Of a stretch of 64,000 bases of DNA, positions 26,980-37,400 are shown piece after piece. The stretch covers positions 10,905 through 74,904 of the forward strand of contig JALHPC010000001.1 of assembly GCA_022842685.1 (NCBI GenBank), read 5' to 3'. Under the pieces are notes generated by a model. The model did not search any database and was not told the DNA's origin. It saw only the letters and a program-made list of their open reading frames with translations. Within the stretch, counting starts at the first letter, position 1. Each line of letters begins with the position of its first letter. This DNA is from Candidatus Kapaibacterium sp. (GTDB lineage: Bacteria > Bacteroidota > Ignavibacteria > Kapaibacteriales > Kapaibacteriaceae). The translations under genes and the position numbers were made by a program.

Positions 26980-27636
26980 TTATGCGTCGTTCTTGGGCTC
27001 TTCATCGGTCGACGACGCCTCGTCAGTAGCCGGTGCATCATCCACGGCAGGTGTTTCATCCACGACTGGTGTTTCGTCGATGGCTGGCGCCTCTTCGACA
27101 ACAGGGGCTTCTTCGACAACTGCTGCGGCTGCTACTGGTGCTGCGGCGGCAGCGGCTGGAGCTGCTACTGGCTTTGCCTTCTTAGGCTTTGCAGGTGCCT
27201 TTGCACGCGTGTTCGTCGAAACACGACCGTCAACCGGATTCGACCAGTCTACTAGTTCGATGATGGCTTCGGGTGCATTATCGCCGCGACGAGCGCCAAG
27301 CTTTACAATGCGTGTATATCCGCCGTTGCGCTCGGCAACAATAGGTGCAATGGTGTCGAACAATTCTTGCAGAACGCCCTTGTTGCGGATAAAACGCCCT
27401 ACCATGCGGCGGCTGTGTACGTCGACGCCCTTTACGGTTGCGCCGGCCTTCTCGGCTGCCAATGCGTGCTTTGCACGCGTAATCAGCTGCTCGGCAAATG
27501 GACGAAGTTCCTTGGCCTTTGCTACGGTGGTAATCAAGCGCTTGTGCTCGAACAACGACGTTGCAAGATTGCTCATCAACGCACGCTTATGACTTGCTGT
27601 TCTCTTGAGCTTGCGCCCTGCTACGTTATGTCTCAT
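26980..27636 (-). CDS. rplQ: 50S ribosomal protein L17 with ~88-aa low-complexity C-terminal extension
   Basis: MRHNVAGRKLKRTASHKRALMSNLATSLFEHKRLITT... Core ends near aa 130, followed by a K/A/P-rich then acidic repeat tail. Confidence 0.95.
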   Translation of the reverse strand: MRHNVAGRKLKRTASHKRALMSNLATSLFEHKRLITTVAKAKELRPFAEQLITRAKHALAAEKAGATVKGVDVHSRRMVGRFIRNKGVLQELFDTIAPIVAERNGGYTRIVKLGARRGDNAPEAIIELVDWSNPVDGRVSTNTRAKAPAKPKKAKPVAAPAAAAAAPVAAAAVVEEAPVVEEAPAIDETPVVDETPAVDDAPATDEASSTDEEPKNDA

Positions 27637-27671
27637 GATTCTTCTCTGTTACGATGGTTTTCTACTGCCGG

Positions 27672-28709
27672 TCACTCGGACTTCGGCTCGTCTCGCAAAT
27701 AGTAGTCAACGTCCATTCCGAACGTCAATCCGTTTGTGTACACAACCTCGGCAAGCTCGGAAAGCGACTTGCGACCAAAGTTGCGGAACTTCAGCAGGTC
27801 GGCTTCCTGCAGGCTTACAAGGTCGGCCAACGTCTTGATGCTGGCGGCCTTCAGGCAGTTATGCGCACGAACCGACAGTTCAAGATCATCGACGGATTGC
27901 ATCAGGATGCGACGAACACGATTCTCTTCCTTCGTCCGGCCACCCGATGTGTCATCTGCAGGTGCCTCAGCAACTGGGGCTGCAGCAACGGGGCTGCGCT
28001 GTGCACCCATAAACAAGGCGATGTGGTCGCTCAAAATTGTGGCGGCCTGTTGCACAGCATCCCATGCTGTAATCGAACCGTCTGTGGTTACGTCCAGTAC
28101 AAGCGACTCATAGTCGGTTTTTTGCCCTACGCGGAATGGCTCGACGGTATAGATAACATTCTTAACAGGCGTAAAAATAGAGTCAATTGGCAGCATCGAA
28201 ACTGGAAATTCCGTTGTTACCTGTTCTTCTGCTGGAACATAGCCCTTGCCTGTTGCAATGCGCAGGTCTACGTCGAAGTCGGCATCGTCGGCCAACGTCG
28301 CAATTACCTGATTAGGATTCAGCACAGTCACGTCGGGATTCGCTTCGGCGATATCGCGCGTTGTCCATGTGCCAGGACCTTTCTTGCGGAAGTTTACGCG
28401 GGCTACACCCTTCGGGTCGTTCACGCTCAGACGAACTTCCTTGAGGTTCAGAATAATCTCGCACATGTCTTCGGTGACACCGGGGATGGTCTGAAACTCG
28501 TGCTGGACGTCCGACACCTTCACGCCAACAATGGCATGACCGTGAATCGACGAAAGGAGCACGCGGCGGAAGGCGTTACCAATCGTTACGCCATAGCCCT
28601 CCTCTAGCGGATTCATGACGATTCGCGCGTGGTATGGACTGCCAACTTCCTCGATGTTTACCTTCTCGGGGAGAAGCATACTGGTGTTCATGGTGCTCAT
28701 AATGTTCAT
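27672..28709 (-). CDS. rpoA: DNA-directed RNA polymerase subunit alpha
   Basis: NPLEEGYGVTIGNAFRRVLLSSIHG and a C-terminal domain ...LELSVRAHNCLKAASIKTLADLV. Start ambiguous: in-frame ATGs at 28751, 28709, 28700, 28691 and 28679. Confidence 0.95.
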   Translation of the reverse strand: MNIMSTMNTSMLLPEKVNIEEVGSPYHARIVMNPLEEGYGVTIGNAFRRVLLSSIHGHAIVGVKVSDVQHEFQTIPGVTEDMCEIILNLKEVRLSVNDPKGVARVNFRKKGPGTWTTRDIAEANPDVTVLNPNQVIATLADDADFDVDLRIATGKGYVPAEEQVTTEFPVSMLPIDSIFTPVKNVIYTVEPFRVGQKTDYESLVLDVTTDGSITAWDAVQQAATILSDHIALFMGAQRSPVAAAPVAEAPADDTSGGRTKEENRVRRILMQSVDDLELSVRAHNCLKAASIKTLADLVSLQEADLLKFRNFGRKSLSELAEVVYTNGLTFGMDVDYYLRDEPKSE

Positions 28710-28787
28710 AGCGTAGTGGATACCCTGTGGCAAGGCCTTACGGCCAAGCATGATGCAGCGCCATCTGTTGAAGACGGCGCAGACGTC

Positions 28788-29174
28788 TTACACGCGGCGC
28801 TTCTTCGGCGGACGGCAGCCATTGTGCGGCAACGGCGTCTGATCTAGGATCGATAGTACCTCGAGACCAGCAGCGGTAAGGGCGCGAATGGCAGCTTCGC
28901 GGCCAGAGCCAGGGCCCTTGACGACGACGTCTACCTTACGCAAACCCATTTCGAATGCCTCGCGGGCAGCCTTGTCGGCCGACACTTGCGACGCATAGGG
29001 TGTGTTCTTTTTCGATCCGCGGAAACCGTTCTTACCAGCCGACGACCACGACAATGCGTTGCCGTATGTATCGGTAATGGTCACGATGACGTTGTTGAAC
29101 GTCGCACGTACGAACACTTTTCCGTGTACGTCGGCGACAATTTTCCGCTTGACGCGCTTCTTTGCAGCTGCCAT
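28788..29174 (-). CDS. rpsK: 30S ribosomal protein S11
   Basis: 128 aa, ...[44 protein letters not shown]. Confidence 0.95.
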   Translation of the reverse strand: MAAAKKRVKRKIVADVHGKVFVRATFNNVIVTITDTYGNALSWSSAGKNGFRGSKKNTPYASQVSADKAAREAFEMGLRKVDVVVKGPGSGREAAIRALTAAGLEVLSILDQTPLPHNGCRPPKKRRV

Positions 29175-29257
29175 GGTTTTCTCGATTCTGTCGTTGTCTG
29201 ATGTTCTGAAATATTGACCACTTTAGCACACAATCGTGTACTACGGTGGGAGGCCTA

Positions 29258-29635
29258 CTACTTGCGAGCTGCCTTCTTCTTGCCGGCAACCGTCTTTCGC
29301 TTGCCCTTACGCGTACGAGCATTCGTACGTGTGCGCTGCCCGCGGGCAGGCAAGCCACGACGGTGACGCAGACCGCGGTAACAGCCAATGTCCATCAATC
29401 GCTTGATGTTGAGCTGTACCTCCGAGCGCAATTGGCCCTCGGTCTTGAACTCCGAAATCACCTGCCGCAGGCGGGCAATCTCGTCGTCGGTCCACGCATT
29501 TACGCGCTTGGTTGGATCTACCGCAGCTTTTCCAAGGACGCTCTCACTTACCGTAGGTCCAATGCCGTAGATATATGTGAGCGCCACAATGCCGCGCTTA
29601 TTCTTGGGTAGGTCGATGCCTGCAATACGAGCCAC
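29258..29635 (-). CDS. rpsM: 30S ribosomal protein S13
   Basis: (GTG)[25 protein letters not shown]..., 125 aa. Confidence 0.95.
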   Translation of the reverse strand: MARIAGIDLPKNKRGIVALTYIYGIGPTVSESVLGKAAVDPTKRVNAWTDDEIARLRQVISEFKTEGQLRSEVQLNIKRLMDIGCYRGLRHRRGLPARGQRTRTNARTRKGKRKTVAGKKKAARK

Positions 29636-29649
29636 GTTACGTCTCCGGT

Positions 29650-29766
29650 TTATCCTTGCCGCTGCTTGTAGCGGGGGTTCTTCTTGTTAATGATGTACAC
29701 ACGTCCCTTCCGACGAACAATCTTGTCGTCGGGGTTACGCTTCTTCACCGATGGCTGCACTTTCAT
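29650..29766 (-). CDS. rpmJ: 50S ribosomal protein L36 (zinc-free form)
   Basis: Below the ORF-track size cutoff; hand translated as [38 protein letters not shown]. Lies between infA and rpsM. Confidence 0.9.
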   Translation of the reverse strand: MKVQPSVKKRNPDDKIVRRKGRVYIINKKNPRYKQRQG

Positions 29767-29825
29767 GCTGCTTCTCCTTTTGTACTAATCTCTTTAATCT
29801 TCTGTTTTCTGTAAGGGGCTTCGAC

Positions 29826-30044
29826 TCACTTGTAGCGATACACGATGCGACCTTTCGTAAGATCGTAAGGCGACATCTCAACAGTTACTCGATCGCCCAA
29901 GAAAATGCGAATGAAATTCATGCGCATCTTTCCCGACACATGGCAATGGATTTCGTGCCCGTTCTCCAGCTTTACTCGAAACTGTGTGTTAGGCAGCGTA
30001 TCGGTAATCACGCCGTCAACACGAATCAAATCACTACGCGACAT
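29826..30044 (-). CDS. infA: Translation initiation factor IF-1
   Basis: ATG 30044: [72 protein letters not shown] (72 aa). The longer track ORF overlaps map. Confidence 0.95.
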   Translation of the reverse strand: MSRSDLIRVDGVITDTLPNTQFRVKLENGHEIHCHVSGKMRMNFIRIFLGDRVTVEMSPYDLTKGRIVYRYK

Positions 30045-30855
30045 ACATTGTCTCCTGTCCATCGCGTGCCGTGAGTATCCTCGGCGTCGCGCCGTCGATA
30101 AACACAGTGTGCTCAAAGTGTGCCGCTGGCTTTCCGTCAGCCGTAAAAATCGTCCAACCATCGCTTGCCGTATGAACCTGGAAGGTTCCGGCGTTCACCA
30201 TGGGCTCAATCGCCAACGCCATGCCCGTTACCAGTTTGGCATTCGGATAACGCGACCGATGAAGTAGGCCAGGGACGAAGTTCGGTACTGGCGGTTCCTC
30301 GTGAAGCTGACGACCAATGCCATGACCCACGAGTTCGCGCACTACCGAAAAGCCATTTGCCTCAACATGTGTCTGCACTGCTTTGGCAATGTCATAGACC
30401 TTGTTACCTTCAATGGCAGCTGCGATTCCTTTGTACAGACTTTCTAGCGTGACGTCCATTAGACGCTGTTTTTCCGTGCTAATCTCGCCAACACCATAGG
30501 TCCAAGCACTGTCACCAAAGTATCCGTCCAACTGCACACCGCAGTCAATCGTAACGATTTGACCTTCCTTCAACTGGCGACGCCCAGGGATGCCGTGCAC
30601 TACCTCTTCGTCGACCGAAATGCACAAAGAACCAGGGAACGACTTGCCATCAACAACGTATCCCTTAAAAGCAGGTATTCCGTTATGACTGCGAATGAAG
30701 TCTTCTGCAATAGCATCAAGCTCTGCCGTGGTAACCCCTGGCAGAATATGGCGTTCAACCTCTGCAAAGGTCATGGCTACCAAGCGGCATGCCGCGCTCA
30801 GTTTTTCAACGTCAAGCTCAGCCATGGTTGCAGTATGGGTGTCGGCCATCGTCAT
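30034..30855 (-). CDS. map: Methionine aminopeptidase, type I
   Basis: 273 aa, ...[16 protein letters not shown]...[20 protein letters not shown]...[12 protein letters not shown]...LAIEPM. ATG 30855 overlaps the secY TAA by 1 nt. Confidence 0.95.
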   Translation of the reverse strand: MTMADTHTATMAELDVEKLSAACRLVAMTFAEVERHILPGVTTAELDAIAEDFIRSHNGIPAFKGYVVDGKSFPGSLCISVDEEVVHGIPGRRQLKEGQIVTIDCGVQLDGYFGDSAWTYGVGEISTEKQRLMDVTLESLYKGIAAAIEGNKVYDIAKAVQTHVEANGFSVVRELVGHGIGRQLHEEPPVPNFVPGLLHRSRYPNAKLVTGMALAIEPMVNAGTFQVHTASDGWTIFTADGKPAAHFEHTVFIDGATPRILTARDGQETMYVA

Positions 30856-32201
30856 TACACGCTGGCTCCGGAACGACCGCGAATGCGGCCAGTCTTCATA
30901 AAGCCGTCATAGTGACGCATCTTGAGATGCGAATCAATCTGTGCCAATGTATCCAGCGCAACACCAACGATAATCAGGATGCTCGTTCCACCGAAGAAGT
31001 CGGCAAAAAACGGCGGAACCTGCAATACCGAGATGGCGAACGTTGGAAGAATAGCAATGACAGCAAGGAAGATGGCACCTGGAAGCGTAATGCGGGTAAG
31101 GATGTTTTCGATGTAGTCGCTTGTTGCCTGACCTGGACGAACGCCGGGGATGAAGCCCTTATTCTTCTTGAGGTTGTCAGCCACTTCCTTCGGATTGAAG
31201 GCGATAGCTGTATAGAAGTAGGTAAAGAACACAATCATCAGGCCAAAGAGCAGTGCATACCAGCCTGATCCCGGCGAAAAATTATTGGCTGCGGTCTGAA
31301 GCCACATTGTTTCTGGGAAGAATCCCGCAATCGTAGCTGGGATAAAGAGAATTGACTGTGCAAAAATGATTGGCATAACACCGGCAGTGTTAACGCGAAG
31401 CGGAATGTATTGGCGTTGTCCGCCATAAACCCGTCTTCCCTCCATACGCTTGGCATATTCGACCGGAATCTGGCGAACGCCTTGCGTTATGAGAACAACG
31501 CCAGCAATGACAGCGACGATTGCAGACATGAGGACGACGTCGACAACCCACGGACGAGCGTCGGTTGCCCATAGCGAGTACAGCTGCGTGATGGCCGTTG
31601 GGAATCGAGCGATGATACCGATCATGATGATGAGCGATATACCGTTACCGATACCGCGGTCAGTTATCTGCTCGCCAAGCCACATCATTGTCATCGTACC
31701 TGCCGTCATCATCAGTACAGCCGAGATGTACCACAGCATTGTTGGATCGGGAACTACCGATACGTTAACACCAGTCGTTGCAACGATCTTGGCCGTTACA
31801 CCCCATGCCTGAAGCATGGCAATAAACACCGTCAGAATGCGCGTGTATTGGTTCAGCTTGCGTCGACCGTCTTCACCTTCACGCTGAATCTTTTGAAGTT
31901 CTGGAAGAACGACACCTGCAATCTGAAGAATAATGCTTGCAGAAATGTACGGCATGATACCAAGTGCAAAGATGGCCGCGTTCGAGAACGCACCACCTAC
32001 GAACATGTCGTACATGCCCAACAGGCCCGTGGCACCGCCACCAGAGGCCAACGATGCCTTAAGAGCATCCACATCTACACCAGGAATGGTGATGAACGAA
32101 CCAACACGCACAGCAAGCAATACGCCGAGCGTGAATAGGATTCGTTGCCGCAACTCTTCGATTTTGAAGATGTTGCGCAAAATGGTAAAGAAGTTATTCA
32201 T
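30855..32201 (-). CDS. secY: Preprotein translocase subunit SecY
   Basis: 448 aa, multi-pass; MNNFFTILRNIFKIEELRQRILFTLGVLLAVRVGSFITIPGVD... Confidence 0.95.
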   Translation of the reverse strand: MNNFFTILRNIFKIEELRQRILFTLGVLLAVRVGSFITIPGVDVDALKASLASGGGATGLLGMYDMFVGGAFSNAAIFALGIMPYISASIILQIAGVVLPELQKIQREGEDGRRKLNQYTRILTVFIAMLQAWGVTAKIVATTGVNVSVVPDPTMLWYISAVLMMTAGTMTMMWLGEQITDRGIGNGISLIIMIGIIARFPTAITQLYSLWATDARPWVVDVVLMSAIVAVIAGVVLITQGVRQIPVEYAKRMEGRRVYGGQRQYIPLRVNTAGVMPIIFAQSILFIPATIAGFFPETMWLQTAANNFSPGSGWYALLFGLMIVFFTYFYTAIAFNPKEVADNLKKNKGFIPGVRPGQATSDYIENILTRITLPGAIFLAVIAILPTFAISVLQVPPFFADFFGGTSILIIVGVALDTLAQIDSHLKMRHYDGFMKTGRIRGRSGASV

Positions 32202-32655
32202 TGATCGTAACTGCTCCTCCTGCCGACTCGATCTTCTGGCGGGCCGCGGCGGACACCTTGGCAGCCGTCACATTGAGGGCCACGGAGAGATCGCCGTTAC
32301 CAAGAACCTTAACAGGCGCCGTGCGCTTGCGTGTTACGCCCAACGCGTACAGAACCTCGGCCGTAACGATGCCCCCTTCAAGTTGCTTATTGGAAGCAAG
32401 TTCCTGAAGACGCGAAACATTGACGACGGAGTAGACGACGCGATCGGGGTTCGAGAAGCCGAACTTAGGAACGCGACGAGCCAACGGCATCTGACCGCCT
32501 TCGAAGCTTGGGCTTTGGCTGTAGTTGCTGCGTGATTGATGGCCCTTGTGTCCACGCGTCGATGTACCGCCATGTCCAGAGCCTGCACCGCGGCCAACGC
32601 GCTTTTTCTTATGGCGTGAACCGGGGGCGTAAGAGAGATTTCCAACGTGCTTCAT
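32194..32655 (-). CDS. rplO: 50S ribosomal protein L15
   Basis: ATG 32655: MKHVGNLSYAPGSRHKKKRVGRGAGSGHGGTSTRGHKG... The upstream part of the track ORF overlaps rpmD. Confidence 0.95.
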   Translation of the reverse strand: MKHVGNLSYAPGSRHKKKRVGRGAGSGHGGTSTRGHKGHQSRSNYSQSPSFEGGQMPLARRVPKFGFSNPDRVVYSVVNVSRLQELASNKQLEGGIVTAEVLYALGVTRKRTAPVKVLGNGDLSVALNVTAAKVSAAARQKIESAGGAVTINE

Positions 32656-32668
32656 GCGAGTGATGCGG

Positions 32669-32851
32669 TTAGTCTGCGATTTCTTCGACGGTGACAAGGT
32701 GGCGAACAACGTTCACCATGCCTAGGATTTGGGCGTTCTTTGGCTTTACGGAGACGTAATTTGGCCGCCCAAGGCCTAGTGCCTTGATTGTGTCTTTTTG
32801 ATTTTGAAGCGAGCCGATTACTGATCGGACTTGCGTGATTTTGAGTTTCAT
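32669..32851 (-). CDS. rpmD: 50S ribosomal protein L30
   Basis: MKLKITQVRSVIGSLQNQKDTIKALGLGRPNYVSV..., 60 aa. Confidence 0.95.
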   Translation of the reverse strand: MKLKITQVRSVIGSLQNQKDTIKALGLGRPNYVSVKPKNAQILGMVNVVRHLVTVEEIAD

Positions 32852-32881
32852 GATATCGATTTCCCTTCGCTCGTTGCGTGC

Positions 32882-33385
32882 TTAACCTTTGAGGACCTTG
32901 TCGACGCTGATTCCACGTCGAGCGGCTACCGAAGCAGCATCTTCGAGTTGCATCAACGCCTGCATGGCGGCCTTCACAGTATTGTGGGGGTTCGAGCTTC
33001 CCTGCGACTTCGTAAGAACATCGTGTACGCCAGCCAATTCAAGAATTGCACGAACGCCACCAGCGGCGATAACACCTGTACCTGGTGTAGCTGGACGAAT
33101 CAGAACCTTGGCGGCGCCGAACTTACCTAGGACTTCGTGTGGAATGGTACCATTTTGCACGCGTACCTTCACAACTGACTTCTTAGCTGCCTCGGTTGCC
33201 TTTGTAACGGCATCGGATACTTCACCGGCCTTGCCGAGACCATATCCTACGTGTCCGTTTTCATCGCCAACAACAACGATGGCCGAGAAATTGAAGCGAC
33301 GTCCACCCTTTACTACCTTAGCCGTACGGCCAACGTAGACGATTTTGTCCTTCAGGTTCAGATCCGATACTTTTTGTTTTGCCAC
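32882..33385 (-). CDS. rpsE: 30S ribosomal protein S5
   Basis: GTG 33385, preceded by GGAG: (M)[40 protein letters not shown]... The track ORF extends upstream through rplR. Confidence 0.9.
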   Translation of the reverse strand: MAKQKVSDLNLKDKIVYVGRTAKVVKGGRRFNFSAIVVVGDENGHVGYGLGKAGEVSDAVTKATEAAKKSVVKVRVQNGTIPHEVLGKFGAAKVLIRPATPGTGVIAAGGVRAILELAGVHDVLTKSQGSSNPHNTVKAAMQALMQLEDAASVAARRGISVDKVLKG

Positions 33386-33410
33386 TGGGAAATACTCCGT
33401 TGAGTTCAGA

Positions 33411-33779
33411 TTAGAAGTCGAGCCCGCCTTCGCGAGCGCCATCGGCCAGCGCCTTAACGCGACCGTGATAGAGGAAGCCGTTCCGGTCAAAGGCCACGCG
33501 AGAAATGTTCGCGGCTTGCGCACGTTGTGCAAGAACGGTGCCCACGAGCTTGCTGGATTCGGTCTTGGAAAGACCAGCAACCTTTGCCCGTACTTCGGAA
33601 TCGTTTGTAGATGCCGAAGCCACGGTTACGCCCTTCACGTCGTCGATGATTTGCGCATAGATGTGCGACGATGAGCGAAAGATGCTTAAGCGCAGCCGAT
33701 CCGGCGAAGGAACGATGTGTTTGCGGACGCTCTTCTTGCGGCGCGCTTGACGATGTAGTTTTAGTGCTGTGCGGTTCAT
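33411..33779 (-). CDS. rplR: 50S ribosomal protein L18
   Basis: 122 aa, ...[29 protein letters not shown]...[27 protein letters not shown]. Confidence 0.95.
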   Translation of the reverse strand: MNRTALKLHRQARRKKSVRKHIVPSPDRLRLSIFRSSSHIYAQIIDDVKGVTVASASTNDSEVRAKVAGLSKTESSKLVGTVLAQRAQAANISRVAFDRNGFLYHGRVKALADGAREGGLDF

Positions 33780-33796
33780 AGTCGTACCTGTCGGAA

Positions 33797-34336
33797 TTAC
33801 TTGCCGGCTGACTTGCCAGCCTTGCGGCGGATGTATTCGCCCACGTATCGAACGCCCTTGCCCTTGTATGGCTCGGGTGGACGGAGCTTGCGAACACGCG
33901 ATGCGATCTCACCAACGAGTTGCTTGTCGATGCCACTTACTGCAAACGCCGTTGGAGACGTTACGGTGAACTCGACACCATCCGGTGGGATAATGAGAAT
34001 GGGGTGTGAATAGCCAAGGCTAAGGAGAAGACGCTTGCCACGCAATTCGGCCTTGTAGCCAACACCTTCGAGCTGAAGAGCTCGGGTGAAACCATTGGTG
34101 ACGCCTTCCACCATCCACGCTACCATTGCACGGGTAAGACCGTGCTTAGCACGTACGTCCTTGTCGTCGTTCGCACGTTGGAATGACAATTCGGCGCCGT
34201 TCTGCACAGGCGTAATGGATTCGTCAATCGAACATGACAGCGAGCCCTTCGGACCCTTAACTGTGCATGAACCACCGCTAAATGTCACGGTGACGTTCGA
34301 TGGGACGGCGATGATTTTTTTACCTACTCGAGACAT
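33797..34336 (-). CDS. rplF: 50S ribosomal protein L6
   Basis: ATG 34336: [33 protein letters not shown]..., 179 aa. Confidence 0.95.
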   Translation of the reverse strand: MSRVGKKIIAVPSNVTVTFSGGSCTVKGPKGSLSCSIDESITPVQNGAELSFQRANDDKDVRAKHGLTRAMVAWMVEGVTNGFTRALQLEGVGYKAELRGKRLLLSLGYSHPILIIPPDGVEFTVTSPTAFAVSGIDKQLVGEIASRVRKLRPPEPYKGKGVRYVGEYIRRKAGKSAGK

Positions 34337-34358
34337 GCTTGAATACTCCTGTTCGGTC

Positions 34359-34754
34359 TTACCAGATGGTGCAGAGAACTTCGCCGCCAACGTTTTCACG
34401 ACGAGCTTGCTTGTCTGTCATCACACCGCGCGGTGTTGAGACGATAGCAACACCCAGCCCGTTATGTACACGTGGCAGTTTGTCGGCTGGCGCATACACA
34501 CGTCGCCCGGGCTTGCTCACCCGCTTGACTTCGCGGATAACAGGCTGGCCAAGGTAGTAGCGCAGCTTGACGTGAAGCACACCTTGCTTCGAGTCGTCAA
34601 CCTTTGAAAAGTCAGCAATGAAACCCTGATCCTTCAAGATTTGCGCAATGGCAATCTTGAGGTTCGAGGAGGGTACTTCAATACTCTTGTGCTTCGCGCT
34701 AGATCCGTTTCGGATCCGCGTTAGGAAGTCTGCTATGGTGTCAGTTACCGGCAT
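34359..34754 (-). CDS. rpsH: 30S ribosomal protein S8
   Basis: MPVTDTIADFLTRIRNGSSAKHKSIEVPSSNLK..., 131 aa. Confidence 0.95.
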   Translation of the reverse strand: MPVTDTIADFLTRIRNGSSAKHKSIEVPSSNLKIAIAQILKDQGFIADFSKVDDSKQGVLHVKLRYYLGQPVIREVKRVSKPGRRVYAPADKLPRVHNGLGVAIVSTPRGVMTDKQARRENVGGEVLCTIW

Positions 34755-34795
34755 AGTCGTTGCGTGAGATTCGTGATTCGTTTGGCAGCTATGGT

Positions 34796-35065
34796 TTACC
34801 AGCTGCTCTTGCGTACGCCAGGGATCTTTCCTTCAAGGGAGAGCAACCTGAACATGTTGCGACAGAGACCGAACTTGCGATAGACTCCGCGGCCCCGGCC
34901 TGTTGCCAAACAGCGACTGCGAACTCGTGTTGGCGAGCTGTTGCGTGGCAACTTCTGCAAGCCAATCATGTCACCAGCAGCCTTGAGTTCTTCGCGACGC
35001 TGCGCATACTTTTCTGCCAAACGCTTGCGCTTTTCGTTTCGCGCAATCATGCTTTTCTTTGCCAT
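34796..35065 (-). CDS. rpsN: 30S ribosomal protein S14 (long, zinc-free type)
   Basis: [28 protein letters not shown]...[23 protein letters not shown]..., 89 aa. Confidence 0.95.
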   Translation of the reverse strand: MAKKSMIARNEKRKRLAEKYAQRREELKAAGDMIGLQKLPRNSSPTRVRSRCLATGRGRGVYRKFGLCRNMFRLLSLEGKIPGVRKSSW

Positions 35066-35068
35066 TGA

Positions 35069-35692
35069 TCAGTCTCGCTTACGGAATGGGAATCCAAATT
35101 CTTGCAGGAGTGCCTGCGCTTCTTCGTCGGTGTTCGCTGATGTCACGAACGATACGTCCATGCCAGTGATTCGCGACACCTTGTCAACGTCGATTTCGGG
35201 GAAAATAATCTGCTCTTTAATGCCAAGCGTGTAGTTGCCACGGCCATCAAAACTGCGATCAGGGAATCCGCGGAAGTCGCGAACACGAGGCGCTGCAATG
35301 TTGATGAGGCGATCGAGGAACTCATACATGCGGGCACGACGAAGCGTCACGCGAACACCAATAGGCATTCCTTCGCGGAGCTTGAAGTTCGCAATCGACT
35401 TCTTTGCACGCGTTACCGCAGGGCGCTGACCTGTGATCAACTCAAGCTCGTTGATTGCATTCTGGACGAGCTTCGCGTCCTGCGTAGCACCGCCAACACC
35501 AATGTTGAGCGTAATCTTCTCCAGGCGTGGTACCTGCATCGGCGAAGTGTAGTTGAATCGCTTCTGCAAGGCAGGCACGACGTGCTCCTTATAAAAGGCA
35601 GCCAAGCGAGCAGGAGCAACACTGGTGGTTACTTCTTCTAGCCGTGGCCCGTCTGGGCGAAAATCTACCTTCTTAACTACTGTTTTAGCCAT
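35069..35692 (-). CDS. rplE: 50S ribosomal protein L5 (with ~25-aa N-terminal extension)
   Basis: ATG 35692; core begins [40 protein letters not shown]. 207 aa versus ~180 typical. Confidence 0.9.
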   Translation of the reverse strand: MAKTVVKKVDFRPDGPRLEEVTTSVAPARLAAFYKEHVVPALQKRFNYTSPMQVPRLEKITLNIGVGGATQDAKLVQNAINELELITGQRPAVTRAKKSIANFKLREGMPIGVRVTLRRARMYEFLDRLINIAAPRVRDFRGFPDRSFDGRGNYTLGIKEQIIFPEIDVDKVSRITGMDVSFVTSANTDEEAQALLQEFGFPFRKRD

Positions 35693-35722
35693 GATAGTCT
35701 GTCCTTATCAGGATCGAAATCC

Positions 35723-36046
35723 TTACACTTCTTCGTTCGTGGTTTTTGCTATGCGCTTTGTTACACGCTTGCCGTCGGCATTTTCGCTCACTTCAGTGCG
35801 AACACGCGTTGGCTTGTTCTTGCCATCCACAAGCTGTACGTTGCTGTAGTGAATCGACGCTTCACGCTTCATCAAACCACCGTTCGGGAATTGCTGCGAT
35901 GGACGCATGGCCTTGGTGCGCATGTTAACACCCTCAACCAATACACGCTGGCTTTTCGGATCAACAACAAGCACTCGACCTACCGTGCCCTTGCTGTTGC
36001 CGGCAATTACCATTACCGTGTCGCCCTTTTTGATTTTCAGTTTCAT
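35723..36046 (-). CDS. rplX: 50S ribosomal protein L24
   Basis: MKLKIKKGDTVMVIAGNSKGTVGRVLVVDPKSQRVLVEGVN..., 107 aa. Confidence 0.95.
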   Translation of the reverse strand: MKLKIKKGDTVMVIAGNSKGTVGRVLVVDPKSQRVLVEGVNMRTKAMRPSQQFPNGGLMKREASIHYSNVQLVDGKNKPTRVRTEVSENADGKRVTKRIAKTTNEEV

Positions 36047-36073
36047 CGTCGATGTCCTTCTTTCTGCGTATCG

Positions 36074-36442
36074 TTACAGCACCTCTGGTGCGAGCGAAAT
36101 AATCTTCATGTAGTTGCGCTCGCGAAGCTCACGAGCTACTGGGCCAAAAATGCGCGTACCACGTGGGTCGCCATTGTTGTTAATGATCACAGCAGCATTC
36201 TCATCGAAGCGGATGTATGATCCATCGCGACGACGGATTTCCTTCTTCGTACGAACGATAACTGCCTTGCACACTTCGCCCTTTTTTACGGCTCCGCTAG
36301 GCAGCGCCGCCTTAACTGAGCAAACAACAACATCACCAACGCCAGCATAGCGCTTGCCGTGTCCGCCAAGAACCCGAATACAACGAATGCGGCGGGCGCC
36401 GGAGTTGTCGGCTACAACGAGGTTTGATTCTTCTTGTACCAT
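36074..36442 (-). CDS. rplN: 50S ribosomal protein L14
   Basis: [27 protein letters not shown]..., 122 aa. Confidence 0.95.
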   Translation of the reverse strand: MVQEESNLVVADNSGARRIRCIRVLGGHGKRYAGVGDVVVCSVKAALPSGAVKKGEVCKAVIVRTKKEIRRRDGSYIRFDENAAVIINNNGDPRGTRIFGPVARELRERNYMKIISLAPEVL

Positions 36443-36456
36443 GACTCAGATTCTCC

Positions 36457-36732
36457 TTATTGGGCTCGTTGAGTGATTTCAACCAAGGTCCAGCGCTTGC
36501 GAGCACTTAACGGACGGCATTCGACGACCTTGACGGTGTCACCTATTTGACACTGGTTGGCCTCATCGTGAGCCATAATCTTCTTCGTGCGCTTGAAATA
36601 CTTGCGATAAAGCGGGTGTGCAATTTGGCTTTCAATCGACACCACGATGGTCTTGTCTGCCTTGTTGCTGACAACCTTTCCGGTGCGGATCTTCTTTCCG
36701 CCTGTTGCATTCGTTTGTGCTGTGTCTGCCAT
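36457..36732 (-). CDS. rpsQ: 30S ribosomal protein S17
   Basis: ...[42 protein letters not shown]..., 91 aa. Confidence 0.95.
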   Translation of the reverse strand: MADTAQTNATGGKKIRTGKVVSNKADKTIVVSIESQIAHPLYRKYFKRTKKIMAHDEANQCQIGDTVKVVECRPLSARKRWTLVEITQRAQ

Positions 36733-36743
36733 GATCTACGTCC

Positions 36744-36950
36744 TTACTTCGCTTCGTTGGCGCGTGCGTGGAGAATGGTCTTCATTCTCGCAATATCCTT
36801 GCGCATTGTCTTAATGCTTGAACTGTCTTGCAACTGTCCCAATATCAATTGGAACCGCAGACGCGTAACGTTCTCTTCGCTTTCACGCACAAACGTCTCG
36901 AGTTCTGTTGTTGAGAGCGTGCGCAGATCCTCTGCTTTTCTCGACTTCAT
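36744..36950 (-). CDS. rpmC: 50S ribosomal protein L29
   Basis: ATG 36950: MKSRKAEDLRTLSTTELETFVRESEENVTRLRFQ... One nt after the rplP stop. Confidence 0.9.
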   Translation of the reverse strand: MKSRKAEDLRTLSTTELETFVRESEENVTRLRFQLILGQLQDSSSIKTMRKDIARMKTILHARANEAK

Positions 36951-36951
36951 G

Positions 36952-37371
36952 TTATGCCTCCAGGTCTCTGCGTTGTACAAACGTGCACTTCACTGGCAGT
37001 TTGTGTGATGCTAGGCGCACGGCTTCTTCGGCACGTTCGCGCGTTACACCGTCGATCTCGAACAAGATTCGACCTGGACGGATCGGTGCTACCCAGAACT
37101 CTGGATTACCCTTACCAGAACCCATTCGAACTTCGGCTGGCTTCTTCGTCACTGGCTTGTCCGGAAAAATCCGAATCCAAACCTTGCCGTCACGACGGAG
37201 GTAACGATTAATCGCGATACGAGCCGACTCGATTTGGCGATTCGTAATCCATGCGGCCTCAAGTGACTTGAGACCGAACGAACCAAATGCTACTTGCGAT
37301 CCGCGCTCAGCTTTGCCACGAATGCGGCCACGCTGGGTCTTACGGTGTTTTACTCTTTTAGGGATAAGCAT
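36952..37371 (-). CDS. rplP: 50S ribosomal protein L16
   Basis: [35 protein letters not shown]..., 139 aa. Confidence 0.95.
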   Translation of the reverse strand: MLIPKRVKHRKTQRGRIRGKAERGSQVAFGSFGLKSLEAAWITNRQIESARIAINRYLRRDGKVWIRIFPDKPVTKKPAEVRMGSGKGNPEFWVAPIRPGRILFEIDGVTRERAEEAVRLASHKLPVKCTFVQRRDLEA

Positions 37372-37400
37372 GGTGGGTGTGCCCGTTTGCTAGTCGTTGC

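Noticed and set aside
26954-27592. 212-aa plus-strand ORF rich in S/A/T/G repeats
   Set aside because: It is the antisense reading of the L17 gene and its repeat tail. The repeats are explained by the L17 extension.
27654-28607. 317-aa plus-strand ORF
   Set aside because: It lies entirely antisense to the highly conserved rpoA gene. It has no recognisable motifs. It is a typical shadow ORF of a GC-rich coding region.
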